Below, piece by piece: positions 13,882 through 26,000 of a stretch of 64,000 nucleotides of DNA. The DNA comes from Callorhinchus milii (Eukaryota), in contig NW_024704757.1 in assembly GCF_018977255.1 (NCBI RefSeq), positions 7,378,001 through 7,442,000 on the forward strand, written 5' to 3'. How positions within the stretch are numbered: position 1 is the first letter of the stretch; each line of letters opens with the position of its first letter. Under the pieces are notes generated by a model, which worked only from the letters and a program-made list of their open reading frames with translations, had not been told where the DNA came from and did no database searches. A program made the position numbers and the translations under genes.

Positions 13882-15867
13882 AACTTACACCAACTCTTTG
13901 AAATTAGCACTTCTTAATTTACTGTAAGAGGTTAATCTACACCACCTTACTCTGTGGGAAAATCTGCAAGATGCTGATGAGAAAATGTCACCTTGTTACA
14001 AAGAAAGTCATGTCATCATTTTTGGTCATTTTCATATTCGGTTTCTCAAATTAATAGATTGATCTGGCCAAAACTGCAAGAAAAATCCATCTAATATTAC
14101 CGAAAAAACTACTGAAGCTGCAACCAATCACAAATTAAATTTTCCCAAACTTTCCATCCTCTAAGAAATCATGTTGGCTACTTAAATGTACCAGAATTAG
14201 TGGAAACATTACAGCCTATTGCTAAAGCTCAGTAAAGTACCCAAAATACCTTTCGTGGGTGGGGGGGGGGGTGGGGAGAGAAAGATGCAACTTCCACTTT
14301 GAAAGCAACTAAACATCGCTGCTTCTGGTCTCAAAACTCAATAACCAGCAGGAAGACCAAGGATTTTTTACTAAAATTGACGACTTGACAATGCAAAACG
14401 TCACATCAATAACAGTGTAATGTTTCCACACTGCTGTTTCTGCTGCCAAATTGCCACAATCACTTCTGGAGAGAAATTAAAATCAACAAGCACAAAAACC
14501 ATTTAATTCCAAAATACAATAAAGTGATCCTAAGAAACAGACACATAGACCATACCAATTGAGGAGCAGGAGCTCATTTCAACAGCTTAAACTTATATAC
14601 TTTTTAAACCAAAAAGAACATCTCAAGCCTATGACAAGAAAGTATTCTGCACATATATCCTCAGAGATCAAAATGTCAGTCAAGCAAGTTGAATCAAACC
14701 AACTGAATATTGCACTTTTAAGTTAACAGTCTGAGAATGGAACAGAGACTGTGCTTCAGATCAGCATGGATCAAAAACATGTCACCCTAAAAAGTAAGAG
14801 GCAACCTGCCCAACAAACCGTCAAAAGTGTATTGCTGAAACTAGGTACAAGGAATCAGCGTTCAATTTTGCAGTTGATAAGTCTGAAGACATGAACAACA
14901 CTTTCACATGCATAACAATTTTTTTTAATTCCGAAACCTCAAACAAACTTCTCCTAATCCACACAGATACTCGAGCAGTATTTGTGTACGTCTGAAATTC
15001 ACAACATCGCGATCACTGGGTGATTCTATAAAAGTAAATCTGCATTTCCGCACACAAAAGAAACCATTAATTACAAAGTATTGCAAAACAACAACAACAA
15101 CAAGATTCCATTTATAGAGCGCCTTTCACGTCAGGAGGACGTCCCAAGGCGCTGCACAGTTGGGTCATGACCCGAGCAGTGGGGAAATGGTCAGGGTGAG
15201 GGAAGGGAGGGAGCGAGGAGGGGGGAAATGGTCAGGGTGAGGAGAGGGGAGGGAGGGAGCGAGGACGAGGAGGGGGAAATGGTCAGGGTGAGGGGAGGGA
15301 AGGGAGGGAGCGAGGAGTGGGAAGAGAGTCGAGAGGGGAGCTGAAGGCTCGGTCAAAGAGAAGCAATCTTGAGATCGGTTCCTCGATTTTATTTGTTCTG
15401 AGGGGAAAACTCCGTCGCCACCACAAAGAACTGAGCAACAAACCCGAGTCCATTCTCTTATCGATTCAATGACTTACAAAACAATTAAAAGTACCTCCTC
15501 TCCCGAAACGGACAGAGAAAGAGGATGGGGTGGGATAAAACATTCCTGCTGCCGATTCCTAGCCTTCTGCACTGCTGGCTCTATATCGCCAACCAACGAC
15601 TTCACTAAGAACTTGCCCCAGATACACACACACACACACACACACCACATACACAAGCAGCTGAACTACAACACAACACGCAGGGGGCGGGTATGTTTCT
15701 CTCTCCATCTCCCGCTCACTTTGCAAATACTGCCATTCCTCCTCTTCCTCGCACTGGCTCCAAGAGAATTTTTTTTCTGATGTTGGAGGAGGGGAAAGAG
15801 GAAGAGAGAGGGAGGAAGAAAGGAAAAAAAAAATGCCCCATCGCTCCCCACCTTCCCACTAACTTAC

Positions 15868-16455
15868 TCATCCCCGTCCGGACATATCCCCGTCGTCTCG
15901 TCGTATTTGGTGCAATAAACGTCCGGGCTGTAGTTGAAGGTACCGTCCCGCCTCCTGATGGGTCTCCTGCGCCTCTGGTTGAGGAAATGCCAATGAAAGC
16001 AAGTGAAGGGCCTGTGCTGCGCGCACTTGTGCTGCAGGAACAACGGGCACTGCTCCGTCCGGAACTCCTTCAGGTATCTGCGGGGGAGGAGGAGGGGACG
16101 ACAATAAAACATCTCAATACACATTACACATAGCGGTGACTTACTGGCGGGAGAGCCGAGGCGGGCCCTGTGGAAGAGGCTCGGCGGCTCCTGAGGTAAA
16201 AGAGCTGCCGCGAGCTGGGCTTTACCCGCCCGCCGCACACGCGCCGCCTCCTCCTCCTCCCCCCCCGGAGCCCCCTCCTTCCTTCCTTCCCGCTCCCTTT
16301 TCTTTTCCTTTTTTAATCTGTCGCCGGGAAGGCGCCGCTACTCCCGAGCTCCCGGCCGGGCCCGGGCCCGCCGCCGCGCTCGGCACTTACGTGTAGTGAG
16401 ACGGTTTCTCCGTCTGAGGAGAAGCGCCAGTCGCCGCTTTCGAAACCGACGGCAT
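15868..16455 (-). CDS. UNKL: Unkempt-like CCCH zinc-finger RNA-binding protein, coding exons 1-2 (gene continues beyond the left edge)
   Basis: Exon 1 16455-16391 encodes MPSVSKAATGASPQTEKPSHY (donor GTAAGT). Exon 2 16077-15868 encodes YLKEFRTEQCPLFLQHKCAQHRPFTCFHWHFLNQRRRRPIRRRDGTFNYSPDVYCTKYDETTGICPDGDE (acceptor CCCGCAG, donor GTAAGT). Phases match (AC|A). The MPSVSKAA...QTEKP N-terminus matches UNKL rather than UNK, and UQCC4 nearby matches human UNKL synteny. No exon 3 was found in 1-15867. Confidence 0.9.
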
Positions 16456-16459
16456 TTTT

Positions 16460-16700
16460 TAGTCAAAACAATGAACTGCGCCTGCGCGAAGTGAAGGGGG
16501 GGGGCGCGAGAAGGAGTGGGTGACTGCGCCTGCGCCGAGGGAGGGTGGGGGGGGGAGGAGTGGAGGATGAAGGGGTGACCGCGCCTGCGCGGAGGGGAGG
16601 GGGGGTGGAAGAGGCGGGGGAGGGACCTCTGCGCCTGCGCGGAAAAGGGGAGCGCTGAGCAAGTGGGTTCGGGGTGGACTGCGCGTGCGCGGGAAGCCAG
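16460..16700 (-). promoter_or_regulatory. UNKL CpG-island promoter with five NRF1-like GCGCCTGCGC motifs
   Basis: CpG-rich region directly upstream of the ATG. GCGC[C/G]TGCGC occurs at 16478, 16526, 16581, 16631 and 16681. Confidence 0.6.
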
Positions 16701-16911
16701 GCCTACCCTTAAAGCGACACCTACACAGACAGTGCATCCAACAACAACAACAACAACTTGCATTTATACAGCGCCCTCCCTCCCTCCCTCCCTCCCAAGG
16801 AAGATTTATTTACATTTAAAACACCGCCGAAGGAGATTGTTTGGCCAAACGTGATTGGCGCCGGTTCCTCCATTGAAGCTGTCTGATGTCAGATTGCTTC
16901 AGTGGGGAGCA

Positions 16912-17300
16912 TTCTCGCTTCTTGGGCGGTGGGTTCAAGCCCCCCACACCACCCCCCCCCCATGTCGGACTTGAGTTTGCCATCTAATCTGATACTCCAG
17001 GGTAGTGCTGGGTGTAGCGCTGCATTGTCGGAAGTTCCGCCCTTTGGATAAGAAGTTAGAACAAGGTCCCCATCTGCTGTTCAGGTGGAACTCAAAGATC
17101 CCGTGACATTGTTCAAAAAGAGAAGTTTCTCACGATGCGCAGGTACGTCGGTCACTTGCTTCGTGGCTCTTTGTGGGCCGTTGCTGCGCTCAAATTGGCT
17201 GAGCCGACAAAATAAAATAATAGTGATTCTTGGATTTGATGCCCCTTCATGTCAGGGGCACGTATCAAAGCGCTTCACGGGAATTACTGTCAATTGAAGT
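16912..17300 (+). mobile_element. Older Deu-domain SINE (SacSINE1/AmnSINE1-like)
   Basis: GTGGGTTCAAGCCC B-box and a CTGCATTGTCGGA...TCAGGTGGA...AAAGATCCCGTG core resembling the recalled Deu-SINE consensus. Similar relics lie at about 28245-28520, 29313-29580, 30990-31170 and 49200-49470. Confidence 0.6.
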
Positions 17301-17660
17301 AGCTGGTACCTTTATAGATGAACACAGCTGCCAATTTGCACACAGCACTGCCCCTCATAAAGCCATGAGGTAAAAAAAATGCAGTCACTACACAGTTAAA
17401 TTCCTGTGAAGCACTTTGTGATGTTTTGACAAGATACATTGCCAAATCACTCTATAAGCAACTGCCAAAACACTGACTCTCCAGTGCCTTGGGACATCCT
17501 CCCGACATGAAAGGCGCGATACAAATGTAATTTTGTTGTTGTCGCTCCCTCAACTGTGCCTCATCTGTGTGCCTCTGGTGGCTCAAACTTGCCATAACAT
17601 GTCGATGCCACTCTGCACTTTTTCTGAGAAATAAAAATGAATATTTCATGTTATATAAAT

Positions 17661-17969
17661 AAATAATAATCCTTGCATTTGATACAGCGCTTTTCAAGTC
17701 TTCTAGATGTCTTAAAGCGCTTCACAGAATATACTGTAAAGTGAATTGACTGTATATTTGTGGGCGAAACGTGGCGGCCAATTGCGTACAGCAGTGTCCC
17801 CACAAACAGTGGATTGAAGTGACCAATTTATTAGTGTTTTTTTTCCTTGAAGGATTATTATTGGGTGTGTGGAATAAGGAAACTTGCCCAAGGTTTCGCC
17901 CTGCAAGGAATCGAACCCAGATCTCTCGCTTGCAAGGTGAGTGTTCTAACCACTGAGCTACAGGACTCC
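17661..17969 (-). mobile_element. tRNA-headed SINE, near full length
   Basis: Same family as 51667-51978. A 5'-truncated copy follows at about 18333-18612. Confidence 0.85.
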
Positions 17970-19178
17970 AAATGTATTTAATTTTAATCTTTTGGTCGTT
18001 TCCACCCCTTCCATATTCTCCCCTCCATATTCTCCCCTTTCTCCCGCCTGCAGTGCCGGCCTCTGTCACCAGGACATCAGCTGATGGTGCCCTCTGGTGG
18101 CTTCTAGTGTGTACTAACACCTCGAGGCATCCGATTGCCACCGTGTGGCCACAAACAGAATACAACAACAGCATCAACAAACAGAATAGAAAGAAGAATT
18201 CGTATTTCCGAGTCTTATCACATTTGAAACATCTCAAAAGCACTTGACACTAATTATCGTCAAGTTGTTAGCTGTTTTTGTGGCAAACACGGCAGCGATG
18301 TTGGACACAGCAAAATCCCACCATATCATAATAATATAATAATAATCCTTGCATTTGATATAGCACTTTTCACGTCTTCTAGACGTCTCAAAAACGCTTT
18401 ACAGAATGTATTGTAAAGTGGATTGACCGTATATTTTGTGGGAAAAACGCGGGAGCCAATTGCATACAGCAGTGTCCCACAAACAGTTGTGAATTGAGTG
18501 ACCAATTTTTTTTGAAGGGATTATTACCCCCGGAAAAGCAATCTGCCAATCAACCGGGTTCCTACTTACTGCTAGGTAAACAGGCGTGTGGAATAAGGAA
18601 ACTTGCCTAAGGTGGAATGCCTGATGAATCAGGAGAATAGTTTGCCAGGACATTGGGAGAATGTTTGGGGGGTCAGCCACATGCGGAAACCCATCACCGT
18701 GCTTAAGAGTATCCAAACCAAACTGAGAATTCCACGCATCCCATGTACACGTGGAAACTCACAATAGATTGTTGGAATGGAATGCGCGCACTCTCCCTTG
18801 AGGGATGCATCCTGCTTAACTAATTCCACAGAGTATCAGGCGCAGGTTGGCAAGAGGCAAGGCTTGGGGACCCAAGAGTATGCATTAGGGTACTGCTGGA
18901 GTCCAATGAGCTAAAAATGTATTGCTGTTTTTTGGTCATCTTTCCCAGGATGACCATATCTACAGTAAGCACAGGCCCAACATTAGAGACAAAACAGCTA
19001 CTGTATGTATGTAGCTTCTCTCCAGCAAATCTCTCCCTCTTTCAGTGATTCTGTGGATGGACCAATTTTCCCCTGCCCCATCCCTTAACAAACAGTAAAT
19101 CAGTACTGATTCCCTCTTTAACTCTACACAATGGAATCTCACTATTAAGCATTTGGTCACTATAATATAATAAAAAAA

Positions 19179-19484
19179 GTCCTGTAGCTCAGTGGTTAGA
19201 GAACTCGCTTTGCAAGTGAGAGATTTGAGTTTGATTCCCGGTAGGGTGAAACCTTGGGCAAGTTTCCTTCCTCCACAAGCCTGATAATAATCCCTCAAAA
19301 AAAATAATAATAAATTGGTTATTTCAATCTACAACTGTTTTTGAGATACTGCTGTGCACAATTGACTGCTGCATTTCGTCCACAAATATACAGTCAATTC
19401 ACTTTACGGTCTATTCTGTGAAGCACTTTGAGATGTCTAGAAGATGTGAAAAGTGCTGTATCAAATGCAAGGATTATTATTATT
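19179..19484 (+). mobile_element. tRNA-headed SINE, near full length
   Basis: GTCCTGTAGCTCAGTGGTTAGAG head and ATCAAATGCAAGG(ATT)n tail. Confidence 0.85.
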
Positions 19485-19719
19485 AAAATTGGCTGCACGT
19501 TTTGGCCACAAAATTTACAGTTTATCCCGTGAAGCGCTTTAAGATGTCTCAATGACGTGATAAGGCGCTATATCAAATGCTAGGATTATGATTATTATAA
19601 TAATCCTTGCATTTGATATAACACCTTATCACATTGTTGAGATGTCTTGTGTTTCACAGGATATATACTGTAGTGACTGTATTTTGTGGGTGAAATGTAG
19701 CAGCCAATTGTGCACAACA

Positions 19720-20460
19720 ATACTCATTGGCTCCCATCAACTTCTTCTGTCCTATGGCTCTCACCTCCTCAATCTCCCCAGCCGATCCCTCAGATTTACC
19801 AAATCAATGCGCAACCTAGGCGTTAGGTTCAAGCCACAGCTGTCCTTCCTTCCGCACATCTGGTCCCTGACCAGGACCACCTTCTTCCACCTCCACCACA
19901 TTGCCTGCCTCTGACCGTACCTTACCCTGGACACAGTCGTCATTCATCACCTCCCGACTAGACTTCTCAAATGCCCTCTTTTCCAGTCTCCCCAGCACAG
20001 GATCCAGCTGAACCAGCACTCCGCCTTCCACATACTCAACTGAACTAAACTCCGTCCCCCCCCATCACATCAGTTTAACCAAACTCCACTGGCTCCCCAT
20101 CACCGAATGGGGTGATTTCAAAATTCTAATACTCATTTTCAAATCCCTTCATGCCCTGGCACCTCCCTACCTCTCCAACCTACTTACCCACCAACCCACA
20201 ACCCGCTGCCTCCACTCGACTTGCCTCGTGCCTTCTGTTCCATCATCACTTTCAGCCCCTATGCCCCAAATCTCTGGAATGTTCTTCCTTTCTCCCTCCA
20301 CCTTGCCTCTACCTTCCTCATCTTCAGGTCGCCCCTGAAGACCTTCCTATTTGATTGTGCCTATGATCACCTTCCTCCAGCTCGGAGTCGTGCTCCAGCA
20401 GTGTCAAGCGCTCTGGGACGCTCTCCCGAGTGAGGGCCGCGATACAAATGCAAGTTGTTG
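19720..20460 (+). mobile_element. L2-clade LINE ORF2 3' fragment (decayed)
   Basis: RNLGVRF...LSF.PHI...TRTTFFHLHHIA and LHWLP motifs with frameshifts; (GTT)n tail. Confidence 0.8.
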
Positions 20461-21719
20461 CTGCACAACTGTGGCCCACAAACAGTTGTGGATTGAGCGA
20501 TAAAATGATTATAGATTTTTGGAGGGATTATTACTCCCGGAAAGCGATCCGTCAAATCGACCAAAAATCGGGTTCTTACTGCTGGTTAAACTGTGGGCTT
20601 CATATTAAAAAAAGAGTGTAAGAATGTGGCTGCTGGTGAATTCGTTCTCTTGGTCACTGAGATGCTTTACAATAAGGTGACGTGTATTGTTATGAAAGAT
20701 CTTTCAGGAAGTTGCTGGCTGTGAAGTGGGCGCCAGGCCCCAGAAACAAACACTCGGCTTTCAATCAGATCTGGTCTTGTTCCCTTGTTCCCGCCTTGTC
20801 GATTCTCCACTGATTAATATTGCGTCTCAGTGAGCTCCGGCTTCACTCCTGATCTGTCAGAAAACACACGTTACCACCTCACCCGCCTCTTGCTGACCGG
20901 CGCTTTATTTTTGTTTAGAACCCGCGAGTCGCTGTACCTCACTCACGAGTTCACACTCAGAGCTGCTCACTGTTATGTATTTCACCTGATAATCACATAG
21001 TAGGTGTCAGTGCAGCCCGAAATCGGCTTGACAGTGGGCAGAAACAGCTCGGGGCAGGAGAGAAGGAGGGAATTAGAGGGAAGGAGGGAGGGAGGGGGTG
21101 GAGGTGCCTTGGGGGAACATGCAGCATTACACATATCCACTGAATCTCACTCGCACTATAATAAACACGCTTCTTGTGTAGCGACGGAAATGCATCAGAA
21201 ACGAACGGGTGGAAATTTCAAACCCAATTTGAATTACAAAATGAATCACTTGACAGCAATGGGTCTCCCCCTCCCCCCTCCATCCCTCCCCCGGGGGGGG
21301 TTTCAAACAAAAACCTGGACAAACGGTGGTATTGGCCGGAGCAGCTGGTCCGTTCAGCAGCTTCTTAAACTGACAGCGGGATCTGCTTCCGACTGCGTGG
21401 GTGCTAAATGCATCCCTTTTCTCCCCTCCCTCCTCCCCCATATGCTCGCTTCTTCAATAAAAGAGGTGAATTGCGAGACGTGCGACCCTGGGAATAATAA
21501 ATAACAATTTGCATTGACATCACGTCTTTCACGTTCGCCAACAACCTGCTCAGTCACTACACTTTATAATAAAATCCTGCCAAGCGCTTTGAGACGTCCT
21601 CCTGACGTGGAAGCCGCTGTATTAAATGTGACGATTAGTTTGTTATAAAAATAAAAGTCGGGAAAACCCTTTGTTTTGAACTTTATTGTTTGTATGAACT
21701 TTATTGAAACAGGAAATTA

Positions 21720-24430
21720 AGTGTGTGAGCCTGTGTGTGTGTCACTGAAGGAGTGAGTGTGAGTTCATCAGTGAAGGCGTTCGTGAGTGAAGGAGTGTGT
21801 CAGTATGGGAGTGTAACTGTGCGTGTGTGTCAATGAGTGTGAGTCACGTGAGTGTGAGTCACTGGGTGTGAATGTGTGGGTGAATATGAGTCACGGTTGG
21901 TGTGTCGGTGAGTGTGAGTCACTGTGGGTGTGAGTGTGTCAGTGGGTGTGAGTCGCGGTGGGTGTGAGTGTCGGTGAGTGCAAGTCACGGTAGGTGTGAG
22001 TGTATCGGTGAACATGAATCACGGTGAGTGTGAGTCGCAGTGGGTGTGAGTGTGTCGGTGAGTGTCAGTGAGTGTGGATTGCGGTGGGTGTGAGTGTGTC
22101 AGTGAATGTGAATCACGGTTGGTGTGAGTCTTGATGAGTGTGTCGGTGAGTGTGAGTTGCGGTGGGTGTGTGTCGGTGGACGTGAGTCGCGGTGGGTGTG
22201 AGTGTGTTGGTGAACGTGAGTCACGGTACGTGTGTCGGTGAGTGTGGATTGTGGTGTGTGTGAGTGTGTCAGTGAGTGTGAGTCACGGTTGGCGTTATTC
22301 GTGGTGGGTGTGAATGTGTCGGTGAGTTGCGGTGGGTGTGAGTGTGTGGGTGAGTGTGAGTCACGGTGGGTGTGAGTGAGTGTGTGGGTGAGTGTGAGTC
22401 ACGGTGGATGTGAGTGAGTGTGTGGGTGAGTGTGAGTCACGGTGGGTGTGAGTGTGAGTCACGGTGGGTGCGAGTGAGTGAGTGTGTGGGTGAGTGTGAG
22501 TCACGGTGGGTGTGACTGAGTGTGAGTCACTGTGGGTGTGAGTGAGTGAGTGTGGGTGAGTGAGTCACGGTGGGTGTGAGTGAGTGTGTGGGTGAGTGTG
22601 AGTCACGGTGGGTGTGAGTGAGTGTGTGAGTGTGAGTCACGGTGGGTGTGAGTGAGTGAGTGTGTGGGTGAGTGTGAGTCACGGTGGGTGTGAGTGAGTG
22701 AGTGTGTGAATGTGAGTCACGGTGGGTGTGAGTGTGTGGGTGAGTGTGAGTCACGGTGGGTGTGAGTGAGTGTGTGTGTGGGTGAGTGAGTCACGGTGGG
22801 TGGGTGTGAGTGAGTGAGTGTGTGGGTGAGTGTGAGTCACAGTGGGTGTGAGTGGGTGAGTGTGAGTCACGGTGAGTGTGTGTGGGTGAGTGTGAGTCAC
22901 GGTGAGTGTGTGTGTGGGTGAGTGTGAGTCACGGTGAGTGTGTGTGGGTGAGTGTGAGTCACGGTGAGTGTGTGTGTGGGTGAGTGTGAGTCACGGTGAG
23001 TGTGTGTGGGTGAGTGTGAGTCACGGTGGGTGTGTGTGTGGGTGAGTGTGAGTCACGGTGGGTGTGTGTGTGGGTGAGTGTGTGTGGGTGAGTGTGAGTC
23101 ACGGTGAGTGTGTGTGTGGGTGAGTGTGAGTCACGGTGAGTGTGTGTGTGGGTGAGTGTGAGTCACGGTGGGTGTGTGTGTGGGTGAGTGTGAGTCAAGG
23201 TGTGTGTGTGTGTGGGTGAGTGTGTGTGTGGGTGAGTGTGAGTCACGATGGGTGTGTGTGTGGGTGAGTGTGAGTCACGGTGAGTGAGTCACGGTGGGTG
23301 TGTGTGTGGGTGAGTGTGAGTCACGGTGAGTGTGTGTGTGGGTGAGTGTGAGTCACGGTGAGTGTGTGTGTGGGGGTGAGTGTGAGTCACGGTGAGTGTG
23401 TGTGTGGGTGAGTGTGAGTCACGGTGAGTGTGTGTGTGGGTGAGTGTGAGTCACGGTGAGTGTGTGTGTGTGTGGGTGAGTGTGAGTCACGGTGAGTGTG
23501 TGTGTGTGGGTGAGTGTGAGTCACGGTGAGTGTGTGTGTGGGTGAGTGAGTGTGAGTCACGGTGAGTGTGTGTGTGGGTGAGTGTGAGTCACGGTGAGTG
23601 TGTGTGTGGGTGAGTGTGAGTCACGGTGAGTGTGTGTGTGGGTGAGTGTGAGTCACGGTGAGTGTGTGTGTGGGTGAGTGTGAGTCACGGTGGGTGTGTG
23701 TGTGTGGGTGAGTGTGAGTCACGGTGAGTGTGTGTGTGGGTGAGTGTGAGTCACGGTGAGTGTGTGTGTGGGTGAGTGTGAGTCACGGTGGGTGTGGGTG
23801 AGTGTGAGTCACGGTGTGTGTGGGTGAGTGTGAGTCACGGTGAGTGTGTGTGAGTCACGGTGAGTGTGTGAGTCACGGTGAGTGTGTGTGTGGGGGTGAG
23901 TGTGAGTCACGGTGAGTGTGTGTGTGGGTGAGTGAGTGAGTGTGAGTCACGGTGAGTGTGTGTGTGGGTGAGTGTGAGTCACGGTGGGTGTGTGTGGGTG
24001 AGTGTGAGTCACGGTGAGTGTGTGTGTGTGGGGGTGAGTGTGAGTCACGGTGAGTGTGTGGGTGAGTGAGTGAGTGTGAGTCACGGTGAGTGTGTGTGTG
24101 GGTGAGTGTGAGTCACGGTGAGTGAGTGTGTGTGTGGGTGAGTGTGAGTCACGGTGGGTGTGTGTGGGGTGAGTGAGTGTGAGTCACGGTGAGTGTGTGG
24201 GTGAGTGAGTGAGTGTGAGTCACGGTGAGTGTGTGTGTGTGGGTGAGTGTGAGTCACGGTGAGTGTGTGTGTGGGTGAGTGTGAGTCACGGTGGGTGTGT
24301 GTGTGGGTGAGTGAGTGTGAGTCACGGTGAGTGTGTGGGTGAGTGAGTGTGAGTCACGGTGTGTGTGTGTGTGGGTGAGTGTGAGTCACGGTGGGTGTGT
24401 GTGTGGGTGAGTGTGAGTCACGGTGGGTGT
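21720..24430. repeat. GT-rich minisatellite, unit about 30-34 bp (GTGGGTGAGTGTGAGTCACGGTGAGTGTGTGT)
   Basis: Directly visible tandem array. It is degenerate at the left end and homogeneous from about 22340 onward. Confidence 0.95.
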
Positions 24431-24479
24431 GTCGCAACGGTTATCAATGGCCACAACAATCGGCGAGCGGGGAGGCGGC

Positions 24480-24605
24480 GTGTGATTGGCGGAGGCGGCC
24501 GGCTCATTAGCATACTACAACTGCTACACCGCGGGCAGCCAATGGGCTTCAAGGACAGGTGCTTGTGGAACGTTGACCCTGGAGTGACGTCACGGTATAA
24601 GGCGC
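24480..24605 (+). promoter_or_regulatory. H3.3 proximal promoter: CCAAT boxes, octamer-like site, CRE, TATA
   Basis: ATTGG 24485-24489, ATTAGCAT 24506-24513, CCAAT 24539-24543, TGACGTCA 24585-24592 and TATAA 24596-24600. A probable non-coding exon 1 follows (about 24625-24729, donor GTATTG). Confidence 0.8.
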
Positions 24606-25344
24606 GGCTCCAGCGCCTTTGTTGTTGTTGTTGTTGCTGCTCGGGCTGATCTCACACAGAGAGAGAGAGAGAGAGAGGAGCTGCTGCTGCTGCTGAACAC
24701 TCAACTTGGGAGACTCCTGTCAACGCCGGGTATTGTTTTAAGATTTTTTTTTAAACTGTATTTTTATAATCTATTTGATCCCTTCCCCCCCCTTCCCCGC
24801 GAGGTTTGATCCGCGCGGCTTTTTTTTTTTTTGGGGGGGGGGGGGGAAAAAAAAGAAAACGACGTGTGTTTCTCTGGTTGTGTAATGGTGGAAATAAAAA
24901 AAAGGCGGGTGGGGATTTTTTTTTTGTCCGCCTCTCTCCGCCTGTGTGCGAGGGACAGAGGCGATCGGAGAGAAAGGGGGAAGGAAGGGAAAAAGGGGAG
25001 AAAAATAAGTGGAAGTGAAGATTGGAAGTTCAGATGTTTTTTTTGGTGGTGGGTGGGGGGGGGAGGGAAGCTTTTCTGCCGTTGCAAAGTGATCGGGTTG
25101 TTTTAGAAATGGAGGAGAGAGAGTTGGAGAGAGACGTCGGGGTTTCTCTCTCTCTCTCGCCTGTTCCTCTTCCTCTGTCTGAGCCGCTAAACCGGACCAC
25201 GATTGGGTTTAATTTGGGAGGGAGAAGCGGGCTTGGCTGGCGGGAAAAAAAAATCTGTGGGTCTAAGGTGGCTTAAGGCGACATTATCGGCGTTTGAGGT
25301 TGTTTTTCGGCGCAGGCTGTTGTGGGGCTGATCCCTCTGTGTCT

Positions 25345-25460
25345 CTGGAGCCGCCATTTCACTGTGAGCATTGGAGAGGCTGCTGCTCCGAGCTCCCGCC
25401 CCCAAGCTGCGCTCCCATTGGTCGCGGCGCCCGGGCTCGATCGTCGATTGGCCGTGGCCG
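25345..25460 (+). promoter_or_regulatory. Second CpG-rich promoter-like module in H3.3 intron 1
   Basis: YY1-like CCGCCATTT at 25351, GC box at about 25395, and three ATTGG (reverse CCAAT) at 25370, 25417 and 25447. Confidence 0.5.
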
Positions 25461-25569
25461 CTGTCGCTCACACGCTACTCGGTGCTGCTTACTTACACTG
25501 CACTGTTTTTTGTGAATGAGGGGGGGAGAAAAGCGCGCGCCTCACTCAACACCTGGAGCAACCCCCCCC

Positions 25570-26000
25570 CTCCCCCCCCGTGTGTGTGTGTGTGTGTGTT
25601 GATGGTGGTGTTGATTTGGGGAGGGGGGACACGTATGTTGATGATTGATGGGTGTGTTGAGTTGTTGATGGTGGGGGAGTATATGTTGTTGATGGTGTGT
25701 GTGGGGGTGGGACTGCGTGTGTTGTTGATGGGGGTGTGTATGTGTGTGTTGATCGGGTGTTGTTGGGGGGGGGGGGTTGGGGATGTGTTGTTGGTGGGGT
25801 GCATGTGTTGGTGGGGATGTGTGCGTGTTTTGATGGTAGGGGGAAGGGTGCATGTGTTGATGTGTGGTGGGGGAGGGGGGGGCTGGATGTGTTGTTGGTG
25901 GGTGTGTGGGTGCAGTGTGTTGATGGTGGGGGGGGGGGTTGCATGTGTACATGATGAGGGGTCGTGTGTTGATTGTGTGGGCGGTGGAGGGTGGGTTGAG
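25570..26000. repeat. Degenerate G/T-rich tandem repeat (GTGTGTTGATGGTGGGGG-like)
   Basis: Low-complexity repeated units. It explains several long spurious ORFs in the track. Confidence 0.8.

Noticed and set aside
21720-24430. CRISPR-like array
   Set aside because: There are no unique spacers, and the context is eukaryotic. It is a minisatellite.
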